Part shown: positions 38,439-48,207 of the stretch, one piece after another
How the letters are laid out: the number at the start of each line of letters is the position of its first letter
How positions within the stretch are numbered: position 1 is the first letter of the stretch
Origin: Chthoniobacterales bacterium
GTDB lineage: Bacteria > Verrucomicrobiota > Verrucomicrobiia > Chthoniobacterales > Chthoniobacteraceae
NCBI GenBank assembly: GCA_038207335.1
Contig: JBBQZX010000033.1
Coordinates: 1 to 55,369 of the forward strand
Direction: 5' to 3'
Length of the DNA stretch: 55,369 nt
Made by a program: the position numbers and the translations under genes
Notes under the pieces: generated by a model
Database searches by the model: none
What the model was told of the DNA's origin: nothing
The model's input: the letters and a program-made list of their open reading frames with translations, nothing else

Positions 38439-39698
38439 ATGCCGCAGCTCGCCAGCGCCCCGCATCCCCTCCAAATCGACCTCACTCCGGTCGAGGTCGC
38501 GGCGCGCTGCCGCCATCTCGCGGGCTTCGTTTTTTTCGACAGCGCGGTCGCGTCCGGAGACGCCTCTTCGCTCTCGATGATCGCCGCCGAGCCGTCGCTG
38601 ATTTTGCGCGGTCACGATTGGAGTGCGCTCGCCGCGGAACTGGATGCGCGGGAACGCGCCGGAGCGGATGATGGGCTGCCGCATGGCTTCGCAGCAGGGT
38701 TTGTCGATTACGAGGGCGAGTTCTGTTTCGGATTTTATGATAATGCGCTGATCTTTCGGCACTCCGGCGCGAGCTGGCATGAGGTCGGCGATTTTGTGGA
38801 AAAAGTCGCATCTTTCGACTCTCCGGCAGCGCCCGCGTCGGGGCCGAATTTCACGACCTCGATGACCCGCGAACGCTTCTGCGCGATGGTCGCCGAGGCG
38901 CAGGAATACATTGCAGCGGGTGACATCTATCAGGTGAATCTCGCGCACCGCTTTCACGCGAAATGGCGTGGCGATTCGTTCCGGTTTTACGAAGCGCTTC
39001 GACACTACTCGCCTGCGCCGCACGCCGCGTTTTTGAATCTCGATGCTCGTGCTATCCTCTCCGCATCGCCGGAGTCGTTCCTTAAAATGTCGGGCCGCAC
39101 AATCCGCACCTGTCCGATCAAAGGCACCCGCCCTCGCCGCGCGGATGCGAATGCCGACGAAAAATCCGCATATGATTTGCTCACCTCGCGGAAGGAAATC
39201 GCCGAGCTCGTGATGATCACCGACCTTGAGCGCAACGACCTCGGCGCGGTGTGCGAATACGGCAGCGTCCGCGTGAAAGAACTGCTCGGGCTCGCGCGGT
39301 TCGAGCAGGTCTTTCATCTCGTCTCGACGGTCGAGGGAACGCTGCGGCCCGGCATCGGCCATGTGGAGGCATTGAGAGCATGTTTCCCCGGCGGCTCGAT
39401 CACCGGCGCGCCGAAAATGCGCGCGCGGGAAATCATCGCCGAGCTCGAGCCGGAGCCGCGCGGGCTCTACACCGGTGCGATCGGTTGGCTCGGGTTCAAC
39501 GGCGAAAGCCAGTTCAACATCGCGATCCGCACCGCGATCGTGGAGGATGGATGCGCTCATTTCCACGTTGGCGCCGGCATCGTCGCGGACTCGATCCCGG
39601 AGAAGGAATGGCAGGAGACGCTCGACAAAGCCGCCGGCATCCTCCTCGCCGCCGAGCGCATGGGCGACGACGCAGGCGTCAGTTCTGGTCGAGTTTGA
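38439..39698 (+). CDS. pabB: Aminodeoxychorismate synthase component I / anthranilate synthase I family
   Basis: GDIYQVNL, SASPESF, PIKGTRPR, AELVMITDLERNDLG, FPGGSITGAPK, GAGIVADS. Confidence 0.85.
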   Translation: MPQLASAPHPLQIDLTPVEVAARCRHLAGFVFFDSAVASGDASSLSMIAAEPSLILRGHDWSALAAELDARERAGADDGLPHGFAAGFVDYEGEFCFGFYDNALIFRHSGASWHEVGDFVEKVASFDSPAAPASGPNFTTSMTRERFCAMVAEAQEYIAAGDIYQVNLAHRFHAKWRGDSFRFYEALRHYSPAPHAAFLNLDARAILSASPESFLKMSGRTIRTCPIKGTRPRRADANADEKSAYDLLTSRKEIAELVMITDLERNDLGAVCEYGSVRVKELLGLARFEQVFHLVSTVEGTLRPGIGHVEALRACFPGGSITGAPKMRAREIIAELEPEPRGLYTGAIGWLGFNGESQFNIAIRTAIVEDGCAHFHVGAGIVADSIPEKEWQETLDKAAGILLAAERMGDDAGVSSGRV

Positions 39699-40662
39699 AG
39701 TTGATGTTGATCTCCAGCGTGTCGCCGCCGAGGCCGGCGGGGAGCGGATCGACCGAGAGCACCTGCGCGGCGGCGGCGAGGACCGAATCGTCGAGAACGG
39801 TGTTGCCGGAGGAATGCGCGATTTCGCGCGACAAAATCGTCCCGTCTTTCGAGATGCTCAGCTTCAGGGTCGTCACAAATTCCAGCGAAGAGCGGACGAT
39901 CGAGGTCGGCTGATTCCATCGGTTGTGAAGCCGGTCGTGCAGCATCTCGAAATACCATCCGAAGTCCGACGTTCCCGTGCTGCCGGTGCCGGTGCCCGAT
40001 TTGCCCGTGCCCTTTCCAGCGCCTTTCGCATCGCCCGAATTCGAGCCGCCAGCGCCTTTCTTCGCGTCCGTCGATGCCGTCTTCGCCGAGCTTTTCTCGG
40101 CTCCCTCCACAGCCGGTTTGGGTGAAGATTTCACCGTCGGCGAAGCCTTCGCTTTTGGCGAAGCGGACGCCGTCGCCTTTGGTTTCACGGATGCTTTTGG
40201 TGAAGGTTTCGGCGTGGACTTCGGTGTTGATTTTGGCGTCGGCTTCGGAGTGCTGGGCTTCGGCGTGGCAGGTTTTGGTGTTGCGGGCTTCGGAGTCGCC
40301 GGCTTTGGAGTCGGTGCGGGCGTCGCTTTTGGCACCACGATTTCGCTCGGCGCAGGAGGCTCTGGCGCGGGCGGATCGGGGACCGATGGCTCTGGAATCG
40401 GCTTTGGAACAGGATCGGGAGTCGGTGCGGGCTCCGGCTCCGGTTCTGCTCCCGCTGGCTCCGCAGCATCCGCCGCTCCGCCGCCGAGTGTCCCCGCGTT
40501 CATCCACACGAGCTGCTGCGCGGGCGGTTTCGGAGTCCAATTTGCCACCCAGAAAAGCACGGCGACCACCACGAAGTGCGCCGCGACGACGAGCAGCACA
40601 TTCCTCCGAAAATCGCGCGCATCCGCGGCGTGGGCCGACTCCTCTACGAGGTCGCGCTCCAT
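39679..40662 (-). CDS. TonB/TolA-family energy transducer
   Basis: TM containing His (VVAAHFVV), EP- and KP-rich linker, C-terminal domain WNQP..ISKDG..SSGNTVLDDSVL. Confidence 0.85.
   Translation of the reverse strand: MERDLVEESAHAADARDFRRNVLLVVAAHFVVVAVLFWVANWTPKPPAQQLVWMNAGTLGGGAADAAEPAGAEPEPEPAPTPDPVPKPIPEPSVPDPPAPEPPAPSEIVVPKATPAPTPKPATPKPATPKPATPKPSTPKPTPKSTPKSTPKPSPKASVKPKATASASPKAKASPTVKSSPKPAVEGAEKSSAKTASTDAKKGAGGSNSGDAKGAGKGTGKSGTGTGSTGTSDFGWYFEMLHDRLHNRWNQPTSIVRSSLEFVTTLKLSISKDGTILSREIAHSSGNTVLDDSVLAAAAQVLSVDPLPAGLGGDTLEININFKLDQN
40195..40335 (-). repeat. Coding tandem repeats (KPATP/KSTP/KPTP) in the TonB linker
   Basis: PKATPAPTPKPATPKPATPKPATPKPSTPKPTPKSTPKSTPKPSPK; 12-15 nt periodicity. 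Confidence 0.8.
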
Positions 40663-40666
40663 CGCT

Positions 40667-41080
40667 TCAATTCTCCGGGTTCGTCACGACGGCGATTTTC
40701 GTGATCTTCGCACGCTGCACCGCATCCATCAGGTCGATCAGCTTTTGCACAGGCAGCTCCTTGTGCGCGCGGATTACGACCGCGACCTCGCCGCGCTGCG
40801 TTTTCAGCTCCGTGAGATCGGCCGAGAGCTGTTCCAGCGTCGTCGGCTCGTCGTTGAATTTCACCAACTCCTCCCGATCGATCGAAACATTTTGCACCGC
40901 ACTCGGGTCCACCGCCTTTGCTGCGGCCTCGCTCGTCGGCACCACGAGATCGACGCTGTTATCCATGAGCGGCGTCGTGATCATGAAAATGATGAGAAGC
41001 ACGAACGCGAGATCGAGCAGCGGCGTGACATTCAGCTCGCTTAGCGTCTGCAAGCCGTGGCGTTCAGAGAAGCGGCGCAT
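40667..41080 (-). CDS. ExbD/TolR biopolymer transporter
   Basis: ELNVTPLLDLAFVLLIIFMITTP. Confidence 0.93.
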   Translation of the reverse strand: MRRFSERHGLQTLSELNVTPLLDLAFVLLIIFMITTPLMDNSVDLVVPTSEAAAKAVDPSAVQNVSIDREELVKFNDEPTTLEQLSADLTELKTQRGEVAVVIRAHKELPVQKLIDLMDAVQRAKITKIAVVTNPEN

Positions 41081-41103
41081 GGATCAAGTGGGGCTGCTCG
41101 TCC

Positions 41104-41865
41104 TCACAGTCGGCGACGGTCTCCATGATCGACGAACTTGTGCTCGAACTCGCTGCCGAGTTCCGCCGCGAAATTATCCAGTCCGACGATCAGCGCGCGC
41201 AGCGTCGTGACGAGGTAGTTGTAGCCGAACATCGCCGGGATCGCGACGAGCAACCCGGTCACGGTCGTGATGAGCGCCGCGCTCACGCCAGGCGCCATTG
41301 CGGCGAGATTTGCCGAGCCTGCGGCGGCCACATCGCCGAATGTCTCCATGACGCCCCACACCGTCCCCAGAAGTCCGAGAAACGGCGCGCCGCTCACCGC
41401 CGTCGCGAGGATGATCATCTGTGATTCAAGGCGCAGAGCCGTTTCCCCGACCGCGCGCTCCATGGCACTCGTCACCACGCGCATCTGCGCCGGTGAGATT
41501 TTCGGCGCGGACTCGAGCCGTGCACGGAACGTCTCATCGACCTCCGCCGAGCCGAGGAGCTGGAAAGTGAGCTCCTTGCATCCCGCCTTGTACACCGCAA
41601 AAACCGGTGCGCCCTCGAATCGCAGCCGATCCGTGTAAATCCGCAGGGGCTGGCGATCGGCGTGAAATAGATCGAGAAATTCTCGGCGACGGTCCTGTGC
41701 GCGGCGCAGAAGCGCGAACTTCGTGACCATTACCGACCAGCTAAAAACGGACGCGAGGAAGAGCGCGAGAAGGATGATCCTCGCGGGCGTCGTCGATTTC
41801 TCGAGGGTGAAAAGAAGACCTCCGCCGGAAGCGAGAATCGTGGCCGGGAAAAGCAAAAGCGCCAT
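41104..41865 (-). CDS. MotA/TolQ/ExbB proton channel protein
   Basis: LATAVSGAPFLGLLGTVWGVM, APGVSAALITTVTGLLVAIPA. Start ATG 41865. Confidence 0.93.
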   Translation of the reverse strand: MALLLFPATILASGGGLLFTLEKSTTPARIILLALFLASVFSWSVMVTKFALLRRAQDRRREFLDLFHADRQPLRIYTDRLRFEGAPVFAVYKAGCKELTFQLLGSAEVDETFRARLESAPKISPAQMRVVTSAMERAVGETALRLESQMIILATAVSGAPFLGLLGTVWGVMETFGDVAAAGSANLAAMAPGVSAALITTVTGLLVAIPAMFGYNYLVTTLRALIVGLDNFAAELGSEFEHKFVDHGDRRRL

Positions 41866-41914
41866 GAGTTGAAATGGAGTAATGGAAAGCGTAGCCGCCT
41901 TCAAAGCCAAAGCC

Positions 41915-42688
41915 GTGAAACTCAAATCCGCCGTCCCTGTCATCGCCGCCATCGCTGTATCCATCAGCCTCGGAGCCGCACGCGAGCCCGAGAATAAATA
42001 CGACGTCCTCGCGAAAACCCTCGCCCCTTTCGTGAATGTCTTCGCGCAAAAGACGAAGAATCCCAACCGCGCACTCACGCTGAAACTGCGCCTCGAAACC
42101 ATGACCGGCATGAGCCTCGAGCTCGCCGGAGCCCACGCGGAAGTCGCCCTCCAGTACCCCGACAAGCTCCGCGTGCGCGGCCCATTTCTCGGCGAAGAGC
42201 TCACCGTCTGCCGCGATGGGCAGGACATCTGGATGGCCCCCGGCTCGAAACTCGCGCCACTCCTCGCCGCCGCGCGCACCGCGAAAAAGCTGCCGAAGCC
42301 CGACCCCGATTTCCGCCTCGCGCCCTTCCGCCTGCCCGTCCCCGACAAGCAACTCGTCTTCCTCCCCGCCCTCTTCCAGGTGCGCGACGCCGGCACCGAG
42401 CCACTCGATGGCGCACCCTGCCGCGTGCTCGATCTCACGCTCATGCCCGAGCTCGCGCGCTCCGTCGGCGCGGGCTGGAGCGTCCGGCTGTGGGCGGGTG
42501 AAAATCACATCCCCATGCGCCTCGCGCTCACCCGCGCCGACTGGCAGATCAGCGTCCGCATCGACGCCGTCAGCTTTCTCCCCGCGCTGCCGGAGGCCAC
42601 CTGGCAGCCCGCCGGGCAGGAGGACATCCTAAAGATCACCCCCGCGCAGTACCAGCAGCTCCTCGGGCTCCTGAACGCCGCGCGCTGA
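41915..42688 (+). CDS. Secreted hypothetical protein, possibly LolA-like fold
   Basis: Signal-like N-terminus; YPDKLRV..VCRDGQDIWM, GTEPLDGAPCRVL, RLW. Start is 41915 or 41882. Confidence 0.6.
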   Translation: MKLKSAVPVIAAIAVSISLGAAREPENKYDVLAKTLAPFVNVFAQKTKNPNRALTLKLRLETMTGMSLELAGAHAEVALQYPDKLRVRGPFLGEELTVCRDGQDIWMAPGSKLAPLLAAARTAKKLPKPDPDFRLAPFRLPVPDKQLVFLPALFQVRDAGTEPLDGAPCRVLDLTLMPELARSVGAGWSVRLWAGENHIPMRLALTRADWQISVRIDAVSFLPALPEATWQPAGQEDILKITPAQYQQLLGLLNAAR

Positions 42689-42944
42689 GCACGGCGCACA
42701 TTGTTGGCCCGCTGCCGGTGCCCATCACGCCTGAGGTGCGGGCGTATAGGGTGCGCTATTGGGATAAAGGCACGCCCAATGGCGACTGATGCGATGTGGC
42801 GAAGGTGACGGTCGCGCAGTAAAGAATTGCGAAAAGCGGGAGCCGGGGGAAAGTCCCCACGCTCTCGCGCCCCCACCTGCCGCCCGCCATGAATACTCAA
42901 TACGTCGGCCCGCACCAGACGCCCACATTTTCCCCGCTCTTCCT

Positions 42945-45900
42945 ATGAAACTCCGCACCTTCCTCTTTGCCACCTTGGGCGCCGCGCTCACCGTGAACGT
43001 GCCGGCGACCGCGGAGGCGCAGACGGTGATGCAAAAGTGGGTGGCGCGCTACGACGGGCCGGCGCATGGCAACGAATACGCGCAGGCGACGGCGGCGGAT
43101 GGGAGCGGGAATGTGGTGGTGACGGGGACTTCCCTCAACGGGAGCAACAACGACATTTACACGGCGAAGTATGCGGCGGCGGACGGGGCACTGGTGTGGG
43201 AGAATCGTTACAATGGCCCGGCCAACGGCGATGACTGGGGGCTCAGCGTGGCGGTGGACGGGACGGGGAATGCGATCGTCACCGGGTTCTCACGCGGGAG
43301 CGGGACGACCGGTAACGATATCTACACGGCGAAGTATGCCGCCGCGGATGGAGCGCTGCTGTGGGAAAAGCGTTACGATGGGACGGGTCATTACGACGAT
43401 CTCGCGAACAGCGTGGCGGTGGATGCCGCGGGGAATGTGGCGATCGTGGGCGTCAGCAAAGGCGTCGGCTCGATGGATTACTACACGGCGAAGTATGCCG
43501 CCGCGGATGGGGCACTGCTGTGGGAGAAGCGCTACGAGGGGCCGGGCACCCGCGACGATCTGGCCTACAGCGTGGCGATGGACAGCGCGGGCAATGTGGT
43601 GGTGACGGGTGGCTCCTCGAACACCAACAATGCGAACTTCAGCAATAACGACTTTTACACGGCGAAGTATGCCGCCGCCAACGGGGCGCTCCTGTGGGAG
43701 AAGCGCTACAATGGCCCGGCGAACCAGGCCGACGTCGCCACGAGCGTGGCGGTGGACGGCTCGGGCAACGTGGTGGTGACCGGCTACTCCTACAACAGCA
43801 GCAGCGAAGATATTTACACGGCAAAGTATGCCGCGGCGACGGGCGCGCTGGTGTGGGAGAAGCGTTACAATGGCGCGGTCGATGGGCGCGATCGCGGGGC
43901 GAGTATCGCGGTGGATGCGGCGGGCAATGTGGCCATCACCGGCGAGTCTTTCAACGGCCGGGCCATCGACATGTACACGGCGAAATATGCCGCCGCGGAC
44001 GGCGCACTGCTCTGGGAGAAGCGCTACGCCGAAGGCGACAATGGGAACGGTGACAACGGTGCCCGCAGCGTGAAGATGGACGCTGCGGGCAATGTGGTCG
44101 TGGCCGGGCAGTCGTACAACGGCCTCAACTTCGACTATTACACGGCGAAGTATGAGGGGACGACCGGCACGCTGCTGTGGGAGGCGCGCTACGACGGCCC
44201 GGCGAGCGGTCACGATCGCAATGATTTGAGTTACATCTATCCCCTTCCCGGAAAGCTCGCGCTCACCCCGGATGGCGGCGCGGTCGTGACCGGAGAGTCG
44301 TACAATGGCGCCAACTATGACTTTGCCACGGTGCGCTACGGACCGGCGGATGGGACGACGACGCTGCTGCCCACGTTGACGGCTCCGGCAAGCGGGACGA
44401 CGAGCGGGAGCCCGGTGGCCGTGAGCTACACGCTGCCGGAGGCGGCGGCGGCGGGGACGGTGACGCTGAGTTTCAACGACGGGACGGAGCGGACGCTGCA
44501 TCTCACGGGGGAGAGCGCGGGGATGCACAGCTTTGCCTTCGATCCGGCAGACCCGGTGGCGACGAGCGGCGGCGCGGTGGCGAGCGGTGTGGCGATCCCG
44601 GATGGGACTTATACGGTGACGCTGGCGTATCAGGACGCGCTCTCGAATCCCGCGGCGTCCGCTTCTTCCACCAATGTGACGATCCGCACGGCACCCGTGA
44701 CCGATCCCGTGACGACGGTGCTCTACAGCAAGGGCGGGGCGGTGCCGGGGGCGGGCGCAGGGCCGGGCGGGGGTTACGGGCCGGGCGAGGTGCCGCCGGG
44801 CGCGGTGTGGAAAAGTCTCGGGGTGCCTGCGGTGAACGATGGGGGGAAAGTGGCATTCCTCGGCGGCTGGAGTGCGGCGGCGACTGCGGGCGGCGCGGCG
44901 GTGAAGACGACCGGGATTTTCCTGTCGGACACGGGCGGCGTGCCGCTGGTGGCGGTGGGCGATCCGGTGCCGGGCGCGGGCTCTGGCGGCATCCCGAGCG
45001 AGGCGATTTTCAAGAGCCTGAAAGATCCCGTGCTGGATGAGGCGGGGCATGTGGCGTTCCTAGCGGTGATGAAGGGGCGGGGGATCACCGGCGGAAACGA
45101 TGGGGTGGTGGTGACGAATGCCGGGGGGACGTTGGCGGTGGTGGCGGTCGAGAAGAGCGCCGCACCGGGGGCGGATGGGGCGGGGTGGAAGAGCTTTGCC
45201 GCGGTGTCGCTGCACGGGACGGCAGGCAGCGAGTCGCTGCTTTTCACCGCCACGCTGAAGAGCTCGGCGGCGACGGATCGCGGCGCATGGCTGTGGACGC
45301 CCGCGGGCGGGACGACGCTCGCAGTGCGCGAAGGGGGGACGGCAACAGGCTTCGCAGTCGGGGAGAAGATCAGGAACTTCAAGCTGCAGGTGGATGTGGG
45401 AGGCTCGACCGGCCACGGCGGGCAGCATCTGGGCAACGGCACGGCGCAATTTTCGGCCACGCTGAGCACGGGGCGTCAGGCGCTGCTGCGCGCGGATGGC
45501 TCGCTCGCGGCACTCGCGCTCACCGGCGACCCGCTCGGCGGCACGGCGCTGCCGGCTGCGACGTGGAAGACTTTCGGCCCCGCGCGCTCGAGCGACGACG
45601 GGGCGATCGTGACGTTGAGCGGCGTGTTGACGAACAATGTCGGCGGCGTGAGCGGCACGGCGGCGACGGGGATTTTCCAAAGCACGGACGACGCGGCGAC
45701 GTGGGAGCCCGTGGCGCAGATCGGAGACGGGGCTCCGGGCTTCGCGGCGGGTCAGCTTTTCTCTGCTCTGAAGGACCCGGTTTCGTCGGCGGCGGATGCG
45801 GGGCTCGCATTCCTCGGCACGTTGAAGGGCGGCGGCGTGAAGGCGAATATGAACACGGGCGTCTGGTGGCAGCCCGACGGCGGCGCGCTCACGCTGCTCG

Positions 45901-46262
45901 CTGGCGAAGGGGCGCAGGCCGCGGAGTGCCCGACGGGCGCGGTGTGGAGCAGCTTCACGAGTCTCGCGCTGCCCGGCGGCACGACGGGGCCGCTCTTCGT
46001 GGCGCGGTTGCTACCCGGAAAGGGCGGCGTGAAGGCGATGAGCGACTACGGTCTCTGGGCCGTGGACAACGCGGGCGCACTGCGCCTGCTGGTGCGCGAA
46101 GGCGCGACGCTCGATGGCAGGACGGTGAAGATTTTCACCGTGCTCAAAGCGACCAGCGGCAGCGCTGGAGTGGCGCGCGCCTACACGAACAACGGCGACG
46201 TTGTGCTGCTCGTGAACTTCACCGACGCCACGCAGAGCATCGTGGAAATCGCCGTGCCGTAG
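42945..46262 (+). CDS. Large secreted protein: 8-repeat beta-propeller, Ig-like linker and NxxGxxAF-type repeat region
   Basis: Signal peptide; 7 YTAKY...W..RY repeats plus an eighth blade; DGTYTVTL; VNDGGKVAF, LDEAGHVAF. Confidence 0.82.
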   Translation: MKLRTFLFATLGAALTVNVPATAEAQTVMQKWVARYDGPAHGNEYAQATAADGSGNVVVTGTSLNGSNNDIYTAKYAAADGALVWENRYNGPANGDDWGLSVAVDGTGNAIVTGFSRGSGTTGNDIYTAKYAAADGALLWEKRYDGTGHYDDLANSVAVDAAGNVAIVGVSKGVGSMDYYTAKYAAADGALLWEKRYEGPGTRDDLAYSVAMDSAGNVVVTGGSSNTNNANFSNNDFYTAKYAAANGALLWEKRYNGPANQADVATSVAVDGSGNVVVTGYSYNSSSEDIYTAKYAAATGALVWEKRYNGAVDGRDRGASIAVDAAGNVAITGESFNGRAIDMYTAKYAAADGALLWEKRYAEGDNGNGDNGARSVKMDAAGNVVVAGQSYNGLNFDYYTAKYEGTTGTLLWEARYDGPASGHDRNDLSYIYPLPGKLALTPDGGAVVTGESYNGANYDFATVRYGPADGTTTLLPTLTAPASGTTSGSPVAVSYTLPEAAAAGTVTLSFNDGTERTLHLTGESAGMHSFAFDPADPVATSGGAVASGVAIPDGTYTVTLAYQDALSNPAASASSTNVTIRTAPVTDPVTTVLYSKGGAVPGAGAGPGGGYGPGEVPPGAVWKSLGVPAVNDGGKVAFLGGWSAAATAGGAAVKTTGIFLSDTGGVPLVAVGDPVPGAGSGGIPSEAIFKSLKDPVLDEAGHVAFLAVMKGRGITGGNDGVVVTNAGGTLAVVAVEKSAAPGADGAGWKSFAAVSLHGTAGSESLLFTATLKSSAATDRGAWLWTPAGGTTLAVREGGTATGFAVGEKIRNFKLQVDVGGSTGHGGQHLGNGTAQFSATLSTGRQALLRADGSLAALALTGDPLGGTALPAATWKTFGPARSSDDGAIVTLSGVLTNNVGGVSGTAATGIFQSTDDAATWEPVAQIGDGAPGFAAGQLFSALKDPVSSAADAGLAFLGTLKGGGVKANMNTGVWWQPDGGALTLLAGEGAQAAECPTGAVWSSFTSLALPGGTTGPLFVARLLPGKGGVKAMSDYGLWAVDNAGALRLLVREGATLDGRTVKIFTVLKATSGSAGVARAYTNNGDVVLLVNFTDATQSIVEIAVP
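43035..44345 (+). repeat. Intragenic tandem repeats of about 160-180 nt (propeller blades)
   Basis: Recurrent TACACGGCGAAGTATGCCGCCGCGGA...TGGGAGAAGCG core. Confidence 0.85.
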
Positions 46263-46280
46263 GAGCCGGGCGACCACTCA

Positions 46281-46303
46281 GGGACGGGCGGGTTGCCCGT
46301 CCC
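46281..46303. terminator. Perfect 9-bp hairpin between convergent genes (terminator or REP-like)
   Basis: GGGACGGGC-GGGTT-GCCCGTCCC; no poly-T tail. Confidence 0.5.
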
Positions 46304-46313
46304 ACCGGGAGCT

Positions 46314-48152
46314 TTAGAGCCCCGAGCCGGCTTGGAGGGTCTGGCGACCCTCGTAGATCACGTCCTTGTAGGTCGCGCCTGCCGGGATCATGGGGAGCAC
46401 GTGCTCCGTGTAGGGCACCATCACGTCGAGGACGTAGGCTTCCTTTGAGTCGAGCATCCGCTGGATCGCGGCGGCGAGGTCCTTCTTGTGCATGACCCGC
46501 TCGCACGGCACCGCGAAGCCCGCGCACATTTTCACGTAATCCGGGTAGATGCCCGTCGGGTCTTCGAGGCTGCCGGAATACACATTCTTCGGATTCCCGA
46601 GGAACGTGTGGCCGCGATTGCCGGCGAAGAAGCGGTCCTCCCACTGCATCACCATGCCGAGCCACTGGTTGTTCAAGATCATGACCTTCGCAGCCACACC
46701 CTCGACGTGCGCGAGCGCGAGCTCCTGCACATTCATGAGGAAAGAGCCGTCGCCATCGATATCGACCACCTGCTTGTCGGGGAATGCGACTTTCGCCCCT
46801 ATCGCCGCCGGGTAGCCGAAGCCCATCGAGCCGAGTCCCGCCGACGTGATGAACGTGCGCGGCGACTCGAAATCGTAGAATTGCCCCGCCCACATCTGGT
46901 GCTGCCCCACGCCGGTCGTGATGATCGCTTCGCCTTTCGTCAGTTCGTAAAGGAGCCGGATCGCATACTGCGGCTGGATGATGTCGTCCGTGTCCTTGAA
47001 GGTGAACGGGAACTGGTCCTTCCAGTTGAAGATGGTCGCATACCACTCGGGGAAGGCGGTGAAGTCCTTCTTCACGCGCTCGTGCCCGGCGCTCGCGAGC
47101 ATCTCGTTCAGCCGACGGAGCGCGTATTTCACGTCGCTCAGGATCGGCAGTTTCACGACCTTGTTTTTGTTGATCTCCGAGTTGTCGTTGTCGATGTGGA
47201 CGATCGTCCCGTGCTTCGCGAACTCGCTGATTTTCCCGGTCACGCGATCGTCGAAGCGCACGCCGAGCGCGAGCAGGAGGTCGGCTTCGTTCACCGCGTT
47301 ATTCGCATACACGGTGCCGTGCATCCCGAGCCATTTGAGCGAAAGCGGATGCGTCTCCGGGAAGCAGCCGATGCCCATGAGGGTCGTGGCCACCGGGATG
47401 CCCGTGCGCTCCACGAATTCCAAAAGCTCCTCCGACGCGTCGCCGGAGATGATGCCGCCACCGCAGTAAATCATCGGGTTCTTTGCCGCGCGGATCAGCC
47501 CGATCACTTCATTCAGCGCGAGATCGTCGGCGTGCTGCTCCGGCTTGTAGCCGCGCAATTTCACCTCGGTCGGGAACACCGGCTGCGTGCGCGCCATCTG
47601 GATATTCTTTGGCACGTCGATGAGCACCGGACCCGGGCGGCCCGTCTGCGCGATGTAAAACGCTTCCTTCACGATGCGCGGGATCTCGTTCACGTCGGTC
47701 ACGAGGTAGTTGTGCTTCACGATCTGCGCCGTGACGCTGAACACGTCCGTCTCCTGAAACGCGCCCTTTCCGATCATCGCCTGCGGCACCTGCCCCGTGA
47801 TCGCCACCAGCGGCGTCGAGTCGAGATACGCGTCTGCGATACCGGTCACCAAGTTCGTCGCGCCCGGCCCGCTCGTCGCCATCACCACGCCCGCGCGGCC
47901 CGTCGCCCGCGCATAGCCTTCCGCCGCGAAAACGCCGCCCTGCTCATGCCGCGGCAGATACGTGCGAATCTTGTCCTCCCGCTTCGTCAGCGCCTAGTGC
48001 ATCACCATCGACGCGCCGCCGGGATAGGCAAAGATCGCCGTGACGCCCTCGCGGATGAGGCACTCGATGAGAATCTCCGCGCCGCTCATGGTCTCTCCGC
48101 GCTCGAGCGGGGCTGTGGCTGTCTTCGGTTGGGTCGTCGTGGTCGTGCTCAT
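46314..48152 (-). pseudogene. ilvB: Acetolactate synthase large subunit with an in-frame TAG at codon 53 (nonsense mutation or sequence error)
   Basis: [43 protein letters not shown]...GDGSFLMN..NN. TAG at 47996-47994; frame otherwise intact. Confidence 0.88.
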
Positions 48153-48207
48153 TTTAGAAAAAGGGCCGGGAGACTAGCAGCCGCGCCGCACATCGGCAAG
48201 GCGCGAT

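Noticed and set aside
42836..42870. Hairpin GGGGA-AAG-TCCCC upstream of the propeller gene as a riboswitch
   Set aside because: No match to any riboswitch consensus I can recognise; an Rfam scan would be needed
43035..44345. CRISPR array or DGR template/variable repeat
   Set aside because: The repeats are in-frame coding blades with synonymous variation; no cas or reverse transcriptase gene is present
47994..47996. Genome-wide TAG-to-Gln recoding
   Set aside because: TAG ends vapC, parE, the ASCH gene and others at their expected C-termini, so it functions as a stop
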